From: Gekko japonicus
Lineage: Eukaryota
Reading direction: 5' to 3'
Assembly: GCF_001447785.1 (NCBI RefSeq)
Contig: NW_015159713.1
Coordinates: 66,773-130,772 of the forward strand
Length of the DNA: 64,000 nt
The notes beneath the pieces are model-generated. The model had not been told where the DNA came from, did no database searches, and was given only the letters and a program-made list of their open reading frames with translations. The translations under genes and the position numbers were made by a program. This document shows positions 25,195 through 37,417 of this stretch, piece by piece (the first letter of the stretch is position 1; every line of letters starts with the position of its first letter).

Positions 25195-26143
25195 AGGTAA
25201 AGCTAAAATTGCATCCCAGAAATGCCAACGTTCAAATCTGGGAAATGGTGCAAAGAGAAAGGCTAAACCCCCTTCTACGGGTGCATAATAGTCCTGACTG
25301 AAATGAACACAGGAACTGAGGAGAACCCACAACTCACCTCTGACTATTTCATAGAATGGGGACCTCAGACCCAGCCTATGTATTCCAAAATGTGTGAAAT
25401 GGACTGCAAACAGCTTTCTGTGTAGCATAAGGGAAGGAGAAATCAGAGGTCACACACAGACACACACACTCCATGCATGAGTGGAAGTGCCCTTCTGCTT
25501 GTGAAAGTGTGTGTGTGGGGGGGTGTCAAGTCCAACAATGTAGCTCTTTATTATTATTATTATTATTTTAAGTTCCTGGCTAATACTGACATGTAGGGCC
25601 AATTCTCCACTAATCAGAACTGCAATGGTATGATGCTGGAGTGAATAATAGAGGGTTGTTTTTTTTAAGATGGATGAGATTTCCATATGGAGACATTGCT
25701 ATTGGGAATATGTGCCAGACTGCAGATTGGAACAAAAGAGTTGAATTATTAAACTATGTACTGTAACGGATTTTGAAACAAAAATCCAGACTGTACTGTC
25801 AAATTAAACTAAACTTCTCAGTCTTTCCCCATTCCTCATTAAAAGGGAGATACGTTTTGCCAGACTTCCACCCTTTTTTAAAATAGATGTTGATAATAAA
25901 GCATCATTAAAAAATAGCCATTTTTTTAAAAAAAAATCCATTATTTGAAACAAAACAAGTTTGTAGCTTTAATCAACTAGCATATTCAGATGCTTTTTTT
26001 AAAAAGGTGGATCCGTGTGGTCTGATCATTATTATCCTGTTCTATATTTTACTGAGCCTGCCATGATATATTTCACCAATGAATGTTTAATGACACATGA
26101 ACATCTTGTTTCCCTTTGTTTAAAAAGAAAATAGTCCACAGCA

Positions 26144-26480
26144 TAAAGGTTTCCCTTGCTCGAAAGCCAGTTGAATCCAACTCTAGGGGGCGGTGCTCAT
26201 CTCCATTTTCAAGCTGGAAAGCCAGTGCTATCCAAAGACTTTTCCATGGTCATGTGGCCGGCATGACTAAACACCAAGGTGCACGGAATGCTGTTACCTT
26301 CCCACCGAAGCAGTACGTATTTATCTACTTGAAATTTCTTGCTTTTGAACTTCTAGATTGGCAGGAGCTGGGGCCAGAGACAGGAGCTCACTCTATCACG
26401 TGGCACTAGGGTCTCGAACTGCTGAGCAACAGACTTTCCGGTCTGCAGTTCAGTGTCTTAAGCTTTGAGTCACCATGGCC
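26144..26480 (-). mobile_element. Sauria SINE
   Basis: Reverse-complement homolog of 16373-16658. Confidence 0.92.
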
Positions 26481-26564
26481 TGTGTAGTCCACAGCACACA
26501 AAATACAAAATATAATATGCACCCTATATAAATAATTCCCTTACGTATTGGTCATTTCCAGCTC

Positions 26565-26800
26565 TCCCATTGGATGTGTAGTGCACTCCATCAGTCATTG
26601 GCCCATCAACCACCATTCAAGAGTGCTCACGTGCCATTGGCTGGGTGCTGTGTCCACTCTTCTCCCTCACTCACTGCCTGCTTGGACACTTCCCTCACAG
26701 AATAAACTATCAAAACAGCTGTCTCTCCTGACAAAGACACTTCTCCTTCTTGGCTCTTGTGGGACTAACTTTTCTCTCAGTGGTTGTTGCTAGGCAACCA
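26565..26800 (+). repeat. Unclassified dispersed repeat, homolog of 245-475
   Basis: See 245-475. Confidence 0.75.
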
Positions 26801-26881
26801 AGCTTGGTTTTGTCAGTAAAACAGCAAAGGAAGGAAGCCCTTTGAAGCCTTTGTGGGGAACTCATTGGGGCCAGTTCTGAC

Positions 26882-27099
26882 TAGGGTTGCCAGATCCAGT
26901 TTGGTAAATTCATGTATATTCTGTGGTGGAGTCTAAAGAAACCGGAGTTTGGGGAGGGGAGAAGCCTCAGCTGAATAGAGTGCCATAGAGCCCACCCTGC
27001 AAAGTTGTTATTTTCTCCAGGGGGGGGGAGAACTGTTGTCTGAAGTTCAGTTGTGATACCCGGTGATCCTCTGGCTCCACCTGGAGGTTGGCTACCCTA
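26882..27099. mobile_element. TAGGGTTGCC-ended MITE (probable hAT); related copies at ~37830-38055, 45045-45452, 59400-59575, 61420-61527 and 62410-62600
   Basis: TIRs TAGGGTTGCCA and TGGCTACCCTA; shared internal motif CCATTTTCTCCAGGGGAACTGATCTC. Confidence 0.75.
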
Positions 27100-27104
27100 G
27101 GCAT

Positions 27105-27280
27105 AGCAGTTAGCACTTCAGAGCAGGGTCTGCCAGATCCAGGTTCTTGTGGAAGTTGAGTGGGTGATTTCAGATCAGTCACAGACTTTCAGCCTAACCT
27201 ACCTCACAGGGTTGTTGTGCAGATCAAAAGGGAGAGAGGAAAATGATGTAAACTGCTTTGGTCTCCACTGCATAGAAAGT
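27105..27280 (+). mobile_element. Squam3-like CORE SINE remnant
   Basis: TCAGCCTAACCTACCTCACAGGGTTGTTGTG CORE motif. Confidence 0.7.
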
Positions 27281-27284
27281 CTGT

Positions 27285-28185
27285 ACTTTTCCTCTTGGGG
27301 AACCATTGCTGCCAATCTCCAGGTGAGGGTTGCAGATCACTCAGAATTAAAACTGCTCTCCAGATGGTAGAGATCAGTTCCCATGGAGATAATGGCTGCT
27401 ATGCAAGGTGGACTCTGTGTCATCATACCCCACTGAGGTTGCTTCTATCCTGCTTGGGTCCCCACTGTGGAGAAAGACTGTAGTTTTCCTAGGTAGAGAC
27501 TGCAGGTGGGGGGGAGATGGAAAGCTGAAGTCAGGGGGCAGGTTGATGGTTGGCTGGGAAAGAGAGTTGCCACGTCCAGGTTGAGAAATTCCTGGAGATC
27601 TGAGGAGTAGAGCTTGGAGAGGGTGGGGTTTGAGGAGGGGGTGAGACCTCAGGCAGGTACAATGCCATAGACTCCACCCTCCAAACCAGCCATTTCCTCC
27701 GGGGGAACCATTGCTGCCATTCTCAAGGTGATGGCTGGAGATCACTCAGAATTAAAACGGCTCTCCAGATGGCAGAGATCAGTTCCCCTGGAGAAAATGG
27801 CTGCTTTGCAAGGTGAACTCTGAGTCATTATACCCTACTGAGGTTGCTTACCCTCCTGCTTGGGTCCCCACTGACGAGAAGAAAGACTGTACTTTTCCTA
27901 AGTAGAGGCTCCATATGTGGGTGGGAGATGGAAAGCTGAAGTCAGAGGGGTAGATAATGGTATGTTGATAGTTGGCTGTGAAGAGATAGGGTTGTTACCT
28001 CCAAGACAAGTACAGTGCCATAGACTCTACCCTCCAAACCAGCCATTTCCTTTTGGAGAACCATTGTTGCCAATCTCCAGGGGAGGGCTGGAGATCAGTC
28101 AGAATTACAACTGCTCTTCAGATGGCAGAGATTAGTTCCCCTGGACAAAATGGTAAGCTCTGTGTCATTATACCCTGCTGAGGTC
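27285..28185. repeat. Diverged tandem triplication of MITE-derived units
   Basis: AACCATTGYTGCCA...TCAGAATTA recurs at 27301, 27706 and 28059 (periods 405 and 353 bp). Confidence 0.8.
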
Positions 28186-28343
28186 ACCACAGCAAATTGA
28201 TGCTGAGTGCCCAAGGCCAGGGCACTTGCCCAGAGCCTCTTTCTAGAGCTCGTTGTATTTATTTTCACAACAGTTGTTAATCCTAGTATAATGTAATATA
28301 ATAAAGGTGAGCAGTGGTACAATGGTACATTTGTATACTTAAC

Positions 28344-28589
28344 CTTTCTTCTCCCTTAAAGATACACTTCTTAAAAATAAATCCCATCAATAGCAATATG
28401 AGTACTTTCAAGTGTATTGTTTAGGATCAAGGTGATCAACATCATATTTGATGTTAACCTTTGGCACACACACATGGAACAAAGTTCTATCAAAAACAAC
28501 TCCGATTTGGTGGAAAGTTGCTTGCCCTTCTTGCAGAGAACTTCTTTCCCAGACCAGGGTGTGATCAGTGCTATAATGGTAATATTCAC
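28344..28589 (-). pseudogene. Candidate decayed exon, phase 1 to 1
   Basis: Acceptor CTTTTCTCTCCTACCCATCTAACAG, donor AAG|GTTAAG; EYYHYSTDHTLVWERSSLQEGQATFHQIGVVFDRTLFHVCVPKVNIKYDVDHLDPKQYT*KYSYCY*WDLFLRSVSLREKK (2 TGA in 81 codons). Confidence 0.4.
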
Positions 28590-29763
28590 CTGTTAGATGG
28601 GTAGGAGAGAAAAGCAAATTGGACTAAGCCTCTTCCCCTTAACAGGTAATTGTCAGAGCTAATAGTGCCAGTCCTCTGTTCATGTACATGGGATGCAGGA
28701 GCAATTAGAATTCATAATAGGACAATTGGGTCCTATTATAAATATTAATGACTTAACCTCAGGTAACTGAAATTAAGGACTATTGGAGTGATATGTTTTC
28801 CAATTAAAATGGCTGAAAGGATGCTCAACAATGTACTATACACATGCACACAAGAAGTCCAACTGGAAGGGGTTCTGTCATTTGTCATAAACGCACCCTG
28901 GGTCTATATATGCTTACATGTGTACTGCATGTTCATGTGAATATAAAGTTTGTTCCTCTTCTTCTTGTGACACCCCAAATTAGAAATCCCACATTACGAA
29001 TTACTTGGGGGACATGTAAAGGCTGTCTATGAGCAAGAACAAAGGGCAGAGATTCCCAACTATTTCAGCTCTTCTCCTATGTGTGCGCGTCTACATGTGA
29101 GCAAGTGATTAAGGTGTGTGAGGAGTTTGAATCACAGTCTGCTCTCCAAAACAGGAAAACTTTATTGCTACAAATTAAGCTAGGGCACAAGAGAAAGAAA
29201 ACACTCTATGATTCCTACTGGTTACAGAGTTACCTCTGACATCCCCTCCTGTATGTCCATGGAACAAATGCACATCCTTACCCCTAGCTGCTCCATGCAA
29301 GGGAATCTAATCTCCAGCATTTGAACAAAGACCAGTGGATGTTATCAATCTTTTAACCCTTCCTCCCTTTTCTGGCAGGAAGCCTCTTCCCAACTGCTGA
29401 TTCAGGGTTAACCCCAATCTCAAAGTGCACATCCCACACATCTCAATATCAGATCATGTTTTAATCAGTCTTGCCCTTCCTGGTAAATAGAACAAATGGT
29501 TATCTCTGTGTGGAAATGCTTCTCTGCTCTGCTGACCTCATGGTGCATTTTATGGCTTTCTTCCCTGGGAAAGCAAGAGGTGGTCAAAATCTCGGGGACT
29601 CCCTGGTGCACTTTGAAGCACCCTATATTTCAGGGCATGACATTGTTCACCTCAGTGTCATGAGCTACCATCCACATGCATATGTGCACAACAACTTTTG
29701 CATGAATATTCTCACTGGACCATTCATTAATCTTCATTCTTCTGAAGCAGTGGTTCATAGTGG

Positions 29764-30040
29764 AAGCCAGTTTGGTGTAGTGGTTAAAAGCAGTGGACTG
29801 TAATCTGCAGAACCAGGTTTGATTCCCCACTCCTTCACATGCAGCCAGCTGGGTGACATTGGGTCAGTCACAGTCCTCTCAAAGCTGTTCTCCCAAGAGC
29901 AATTGTCTCAGAGCTCTCTTGGCCCCACCTACTTCACAGGGTGTCTGTTGTGGGGAGAGGAAGGGAAGGAGATTGCAAGCCTCTCTGAAACTCCGAGTAA
30001 AGGATGGGGTATAAATCCTCCTCCTCCTCCTCCTCCTCCT
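29764..30040 (+). mobile_element. Squam3-like CORE SINE with (CCT)n tail
   Basis: AGCCAGTTTGGTGTAGTGGTTAA head; same body as 11612-11892. Confidence 0.88.
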
Positions 30041-30084
30041 GATTAATAGCCTGCAATACAACCAAAATTTGCAGTGCTTTAGCT

Positions 30085-30900
30085 TTCTACTAATACAAGA
30101 GGGGGACCCACGATACTCGCGGAGGGGGGGAGAAGAGCTCCATCTCCTCCATCCCCCCTCAATCTCCCCGAGGCTGCGGCGGCGGCGACGAGGCCGGTCC
30201 TCCACCCCCCACCCCGGCCGGCTCCGACCCGACCGGGCTCTGTGGCGGCGGCGGCGGGGCCGGGCCTCCCCCCCACCCCGCTCCCCGNNNNNNNNNNNNN
30301 NNNNNNNNNNNNNNNNNNNNNNNNNNNNNNNNNNNNNNNNNNNNNNNNNNNNNNNNNNNNNNNNNNNNNNNNNNNNNNNNNNNNNNNNNNNNNNNNAATT
30401 CTTAGGGTCTTGTTTACACTTCCTTCTAATTTCCAGGAACTGAATGAAAAATAGATTAAACAAGAGGGGGACCCGCGATACTCGTGGAGGGGGGGAGAAG
30501 AGCTCCGTCTCCTCCATCCCCCCCGCTCGATCTCCCCGAGTCGGTGGCAGCGGCGAGGCCGGTCCTCCCCCCCACCCGGCTCCGAGGCAGCGGAGAGGCT
30601 GGTCCTCCCCCCCTTTGCTGGGCTCGGCGGCGGCGGCGGTGAGGCCAGTCCTCCCCCCCGCCCGCCCGGCCACCTGGCTCCGAGGTGGCGGCGGAGAGGC
30701 CAGTCCTTCCCCCCTTTGCCGGGCTCGGCGGTGGCGAGGCCGGTCCTCCCCCCCGCCCGCCCGGCTCCAAGGCGGAGGCGGCAGCGGAGAGGCCGGTCCT
30801 TTCCCCCCTTTTCCAGGCTTGGCGGCGGCGAGGCTGGTTCCCCCCCGCCCGCTCCGAGGCGGAGGCGGCGGCGGAGAGGCCAGTCACAGTTCTAAAATGC
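30085..30900. repeat. GC/CpG-rich minisatellite related to the Helitron interior at 12960-13445; contains an N gap
   Basis: Leader ACAAGAGGGGGACCC.CGATACTCG at ~30094 and ~30460 resembles 12961-12990; repeated GGCGGCGGCGAGGCCGGTCCTCCCCC units. Confidence 0.75.
30288..30396. other. Assembly gap (others at 38095-38249 and 52730-52739)
   Basis: Runs of N. Confidence 1.
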
Positions 30901-30947
30901 TGCCTAATTGCCCTCCAAGACATTTACCCTGACCTATGTCCTGATGG

Positions 30948-31179
30948 CCACCAAATGAGAAGGGAGCCCTCACTGAAGAAGACCCTGATGATGGGAAAGA
31001 TTGAAGGTCAAAGAAGACGGGGACGGCAAAGGATGAGATGGTTAGACAGTGTCACCGATGCAACGAACATGAAATTGAGCAAACTTCAGAGGATGGCGAA
31101 AGACAGGAGGGCCTGGCGTAATCTGGTCCATGGGGTCGCGAAGAGTTGGACTTGACTATGTGACTGAACAACAACAACA
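30948..31179 (+). mobile_element. BovB LINE, 5' truncated, with 12-bp TSD
   Basis: SLKKTLMMGKIEGQRRRGRQRMRWLDSV...VHGVAKSWT, (CAA)n tail, ATGTCCTGATGG at 30936-30947 and 31180-31191. Confidence 0.96.
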
Positions 31180-32993
31180 ATGTCCTGATGGACATATGTC
31201 ACATAACAACAAAATGTGGGTAACTGACGATTAAATTTGATTGACACAATAATTTTGTAGACTGTATTTCAGGGGAGAAACACAGCATGCTTGTTATTTG
31301 CATTTTGGATTGCCCTGTGAGATCTTGCCTAATCTCACTCTAAATCTTAACTAAATATTCTCCAACCTTATCTGAACAATGAGAAAATACCACAGCACCA
31401 ATAGCTAAACAAGGCAATGAAGTCATGTTGGACAAAATGGTATGTGTGGGAGCAAAGTTCTATAATGAAGAGTCAAGAGGATTGGCATGTAGTGGTAGGC
31501 AATGGAAAATTGTGTGTGAGACTTGCAGTTAAAGATAGGAATATTTAGGATGTATAATATGGTGCTCAACTAAGAATTAGTTGTTTTAAGATGTTTTCAT
31601 CCTAGTTAGATTGCTCTCCAAGTGTGCTTGCTGCAAGTGAACTTAACTTCTAATATTTTGTTTTGTTCCACAGTTTGTATCATTGATTTGCTATGAAAGC
31701 AATATCATGCAATTGTCCAGGAGTAGACAGTAAGAATTCCATAAGATGATGCCAGTATCGAGACATCTTAGCATTCTTTTCCACATGTGGAGCGTGAAGA
31801 CTATAAAACTGTTCCAGAATCATCCTGAGTAGAAATTATGACAGATGGCAATAAAAAGAAACATAATAGATCCTATTTGCTTCTATTTTATTAGATCAAT
31901 GTTACTGCTACAGCTATGATCTTAATCCATTTCATTTTTTTATTGCAATGGTAGTTTATGATGCCTTAGCATCACCAGCTGCCTGCTCTGAATTGGACAC
32001 TTTTGGTTGCTAAATGAAGCCAAGCTGTGAAGCGAATAATCCATTTTCTGTCCAAAACTATTGGTTTAAAAATCTAGACACAAAACAAAGGAAGTTTTAC
32101 AGTATCCAGATGTACCCTTTTAAGGAAATTTGTGGGACAAAGGAACAGACAGCAACTTCACAAAGTATGTTCAAACATAACATCTATTTAGATGTTAATG
32201 ATTGCTCTTGGCCAATACCAAGGGCAATAAGAATGAGATTTCTAGGGAACATATAAAGCATCCATTTTATACCAGCATTTAGGCAATGAAGAAATTCCTT
32301 AGGCTTCCAGCTCCTCAGGGTTAAGATATTCTGGCAGCCTTGGCCACAGGTGTATGACAAGGGCGTAGACTTTCCAATTTCCCAGGGAGGAGGGGCTGGG
32401 GCTGAGCCAGAGGCATTGCTAAGTCATTTAAAAAATGGGGACCCAATGACATCATAGGGAAGAGCCAGTGACATCACAGGCCATTGTAACTATGGAAGTA
32501 GAGCCATGTGGGATTTAGGGAGGGCTGGGCTAATTCCAGGAGCAGGTGCCTTCTTAGAAACTCCACCTTAAAACGCAGACATTCAAAATAAATTATTAAT
32601 AAAAATCACAATTAAATTGATGGGAAATGACTGCATTCCTGTGCATGGTTAATTTGTGCTCTTCAGGTTCAACTTGGAAAACACATTTGGCTTCAACAAA
32701 TGATCTTCAGACAGCTGAAATACAACTTTAACTTTTAATTAACAATGCAAAGTGTTTCTTTACATTTTTAAAAAATTACAATAAAATCAAATACTCTTGT
32801 AATCTGCTATTACCCCTTCTCCTGCTCCCACAAGCATCCTCTCCTGCCATATCCCACCTCTCCTTCCCAATTTACCTTTACCTTCCCACCCCAATAGTTG
32901 GCATGTGTTGGTATGATCAGTGACAAACCTATACAGATTGCCTCATCTAATTACAGTCCACTTGTTGATGCAACAATTCAGAAAGCTCAGTAC

Positions 32994-35205
32994 TTAAATG
33001 ACACTGAATGTGTTTCTTTTCACTGATGTTCTTTGAGTGAACTCTTTAGCTGTAACATTAAGATCAATTTCCTGAGAGATCTCTTTATGTTCATGAAGAA
33101 GAGCCATGTGATTGAGCCTTGTCTGTCTCATGCTTGACCGTAGAAAGGTCTTTATTCTACGAAGGCATGAGAATGACCTTTCTGAGGTGCAGGAAGAAAC
33201 AGGTATGGTAAGGCCTATTCTGAGAAGTTTGGCTAATTCTGGTAGTAGTTGATGCAGACTTTTTCCTTGTTCTCCACTGAATAGATCAATTACATCATGA
33301 AGAACTAAAAGTTTAATGTTCTGCTGCCTGGCAATATCCAAAAACATATCCCGATGAAGCTGTAGTCAGTCAGTATTAGTTTTGTAAAAGTTTAGTATGT
33401 ATCATCTCCTATGGCAAACTTTTCGATTTTGCTCATGTGTTGGGACACACCTGAAGAAAAGCGATTGTGTCAATTGTTGTAAATATTGTCAATGATTTCA
33501 TAAAAGATTTTCCTGTAGAAATCCTCAGGAGAGTGAAACTGGTGAGGATCACACCCAGCATCAACACTTTGTGCAGGCTTTCTGCACCTAGGAACAGTGG
33601 GATTTTCTAAATCTAAGTCTTTTGCAGTCATGACTGTCTGTGACCAGAACTGTTCAAAGTTGTTCCTCAGTTGCTTTGTTTTCTTCTTTGCAGAAGCAAG
33701 AAGAATTTCTGCTTGATGGAACGGTAGATTACTTTTTTTGAAGAGCTATGTTTAATGTGTCCAAACAACCAAACACAAGCAGCAATAACTAGCGTGAAGT
33801 AAGAAGCATATCTCAACAAGCTTCGTGCATATCCATCTGCTTTTGCCAGAAGACCTCCTCTCTCCTCAGAAGACACATTCTCAAAGAACTGAATCAACTT
33901 CCTATAATTTGAAGCCACTGACTGTAAGGAGGCTGCTCTAACAGTCCACCTAGTGGGGCAAAATTGTTTCAGATTTATGCTCTCTGCCTGCTGAAAGTTT
34001 TCAAACAAAGCAAGACATTTTGGTGAAGTTTTCACAAAGGTGAACATGTCAGATAACTCAGTCAGAAAATTTCTACACATAACATTGTCTGACACATCTT
34101 GTACCACCAAGTTCACAACATGTGCGAAACAATGAACATATAGTGCTCTTGGCTCCTCAGCCTTTACCAGAGCCTGTACTCCACTAAGATGTCCAGCAAC
34201 ATTTGATGCTCATCATAGCATTGGATGTGCGAAACAATGAACAGCATATCAAAGCAACAGAGTACATCTTTCAAAACAGAAAAGAGAGTTTTAGCAGTGG
34301 GGGTTCAGTTTTGTAAAATCCAAAAAATACTTCCACCACAAACATATCCTCTGTAGCAATGCGGAAGCAAAATGAAACATGTTCTTGTGTGGCAATATCT
34401 ATAGTCTCATAAACAATTACACTGTAATAAACAGCTGCTTTCATCTCTCTCAGTAGAGTACGTTGAACATTGTGAACCATGATCTCAATCATTTCATTCA
34501 CAATGTTAGGTGAAATCCATTTGTAGCTTGTGCGATTCAACCATGATTTCAGCTGTGGAACATCTTCAGCACGTAGTCACAAGAGCTATTCCGGTTTGAC
34601 TCTTCCTCATAATGGCCACGTATTGCGGTGCCCTGACAGGCAAGTTACCTTAGTGATGACAAAATTGTCATCAGTGCCTTTCTAGCGTCTTGCATTTGCT
34701 TCTGATGGCCTTCTAAAAGCTTGCTATGTACATTTACCCCTGCTTTAAAAGAGGCTATTGCTTGGACAGCTGCATGGTGCAAGTTAGAATTCTGATGGCT
34801 GTGAAATCTGAGCAGTGCCTTCTTCCAGTTTGAGAAGCCATTTTGAACAAAAGCTTCACGTTCATCCTTGTCTCTTGATGTGTTTGGAAGAGGAACATTC
34901 ATGGCATTTGCTGCTGAGCGACAGATATCACAATATGCTTTTTCCGTAGCCACATCATAAGAGAGCCATTCATAGGTTCTTTTCCAACTGTCTTGGAATT
35001 GTCATCCTGGCTTTCGCTTCACATTAGGAGTGCTCTTCTCTGAAGAGTCGCCCTCCCCCTTGCCTAAGTTGCTTATCAAGGAAGTCGTGGTGGAGATTCG
35101 TCCAGGGCTCTCATTCAGGTCTATACTGCAGGATGTTGTAGGTGTACAAGAGGAATCTTCAGAATCAGAAGGGACCTTCCGCTTTCTAATTTCAAATCTA
35201 TCCCT
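32994..35205 (-). pseudogene. hAT transposase pseudogene (TTF-type zinc finger, DUF4371-like region, hAT C-terminal dimerisation domain; ZMYM1-like class)
   Basis: AYCDIC...GFSNWKKALLRFHSHQNSNLH; WISPNIVNEMIE; YYSVIVYETID; YVHCFAH; CPTRW; LTIPVSSCTSERSFSCLRRIKTFLRSSMRQTRLNHMALL. Several stops and frameshifts; the probable start codon now reads AGG (DRFEIRKRK follows). Confidence 0.93.
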
Positions 35206-35364
35206 GATGAATTGAATAGAATGGTGGACTGAAAACAATTCAAAGGAAAATATCAGGATTACAATTCAAAGGAAAATATCAGGATTCTGGAGGAGAAGAA
35301 ATTACAATAATAAAATAGGAGGGGCAGCCATGTTAATCATGTAATCCCTGCAGCTTCTAAACAT

Positions 35365-35675
35365 GCAGAGTGGAATGACAGCCCCAGAGAATAGGCTCAG
35401 TGCTCTGTGACTGGAATGACAGCCCCCAGAGTGGAATGATGGCTCCTGGGAGTAGCAGAGGTGTTCTTGGACTGGAATGACAAACCTCAGAGTGGAATGA
35501 TAGTCCCAGAATGCTTCTGCAACCCCCTGGGGGCTGTCATTCCAATCCCAGAACACTTCTGCTACTCCCAGGGGCTGTCATTCCAGTCTCTGTGATCTGT
35601 CATTCCAGTCACAGAGCACAGATTCTGTTGCTAGGGACTATTTTTCCACTCTGGGGCTGTCATTCCAGTCCTAGA
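35365..35675. repeat. Inverted array of GGAATGACAGCCCC-like units
   Basis: Five GGAATG copies left of ~35520 and four CATTCC copies to the right. Confidence 0.85.
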
Positions 35676-36429
35676 GTAGCCTATCTGGGCCCAAAAACCT
35701 TATTGGAAAAACCATTATGCATTTTCTTTGCAACTTTTTTTAGGCTGCAATGTATTTCAGCAGAGCCAATGCAAGTCAATTAGCATTCCTGGCTCCCATT
35801 ATCTCCAATGGGCCTTCAAGCCTCTCCCATTGTTTCCAATGGGCAATCCTGTCATTCCTTTTAGTACATCCCAGTTGGTTGCCCCTTTGAAACTACCACA
35901 CCATTTTAAGTAACAGCAGTTAAATGCTGGGAGGGGCAGCCATGGGAAAAAAAAACCCAGGATAAAACAGTCTCACTGTGCAGAGATAAAAAAGGCCGTC
36001 CACTCTGTCCTCCTTCCAGCTTCCAAATTCGAGGAAGGACAAAACTGTAGATAAAAACAGTGGCTAAAACGTGGAGCTCAGCATCAAATGTCTGCCTCAG
36101 CCGCCATCTTGCTCGTGGGCCCAGTTATCTTGAAGTAACAGCAAAACGAAGAGCATGAACATAGAATGCACATTTCTTACCAATGTTCTCTCTCGGTCAA
36201 AAGGAAATTTTAAAAGGCCTCTGATCTGCATGCCCCCCCCCAATCTTGTTCATGCAGATGGGCTTACCATTTAAAAATGAATCGGAGATTGAAAGAAGAG
36301 CGTAGGAGTGGCTGAAGCAGCCCACTACCATGAAAAAAACAACTGTTCTCAATCAAGGATATATAGACCCAAGTAAAATAAAATAGAGACACACTTTCCC
36401 CCAAAATGTATGTTGGGCCCAACAGAGGC

Positions 36430-36792
36430 TGTTGCTACATTGAAAGTGGGTGGAGACAGCCAGAGTTACGGACTATACTTTATTTTCCAACAGATAACAA
36501 ACATATTCAAGGACTGATATGTTCTGGATATTAAAAACCTTAGTTATTAACCTAGAGCGTGGAAAGATACAACCAAAACCCTGATGGATCCAAACACAAG
36601 AGACCTTCTCTTCCTGTTGCAAGGAATGTTATCAAACCTCTTTCCCCACTCAGCTTTTCCTGTCTCCAGAGATCTGTCTTCTTAAAGACTCTCTAGCACA
36701 CAGAGATATTGAACTCATTTGTTACGAGGACTGGATCTGACATAAATGTCACTTTGTCGGGCCAGGCCATGTGTGCCATAAAATGTAACACA
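36430..36792 (-). mobile_element. Candidate solo LTR nested in the hAT
   Basis: Minus strand runs TG...GCAACA with AATAAA about 50 bp before the end; flanks AGGC and AGGT. Confidence 0.4.
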
Positions 36793-36987
36793 AGGTACCG
36801 GAGATATAAACTTTATAAAGATGATTTCAGATGCTGAATGGCAATAGCCAGGTTGATCGGATAGGGTGTGATATGCAGAGGGGTAGTAGGAGTAGAGATA
36901 TCAGCACTAGTAATGAGACGGGAAACCTAGGTCTCAATTTGGTACAAGAGGATTCAGTCCAGGAGGATGCAAAGAATAAATGGAAAT

Positions 36988-37027
36988 AAGTCTGAAGAAG
37001 TGAGCAGTGACTCATAAAAGCACATAC
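36988..37027 (+). ncRNA. Degenerate minimal type I hammerhead ribozyme motif (Penelope)
   Basis: CTGAAGA-AGTGAG-CAGTGA-CTCAT-AAAAGCACATAC; the GAAA box is mutated to AAAA. Confidence 0.6.
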
Positions 37028-37376
37028 CCTACCACAATTTTGTTAGTCTTTAAAGGTGCTACTGGACTCTTACTTTTTCTACTGCTATTACAAACCACAA
37101 TATTAAAAACCAGTGGGGGAACATTTTAACCTTCCAGGACATTTAGTTGCTGACCTAACAGTAGCAGTTCTTTTACAAAGGAATTTCAAAGGGAGATTAG
37201 AAAAAGAGACTGCTGAATTGCAACTGATAATGAAGCTCAAGACAATACAAACTCCTGGACTGAACTGAGACCTAGGTTGTTCCTCTCATTAACAATGCCT
37301 GCTATTGTCATTTGGCATCTGAAATCACTTCACTCTCCAAGATATAAGGACAGATGGATTCCCATTCTAGCTGTAT

Positions 37377-37417
37377 GTATCTGAATAAGTGAGCAGTGAT
37401 GCATGGAAGCTCCTACC
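37377..37417 (+). ncRNA. Second, more degenerate hammerhead motif
   Basis: GTATCTGAATAAGTGAGCAGTGATGCATGGAAGCTCCTACC. Confidence 0.5.

Noticed and set aside
29879-31155. Long Arg/Gly/Pro/Ala-rich ORFs
   Set aside because: They run through a minisatellite, an N gap, a SINE and BovB.
32994-35238. Host ZMYM1/THAP12-like gene
   Set aside because: Multiple disablements, and it is bounded by TIRs and an 8-bp TSD, so it is a transposon copy.
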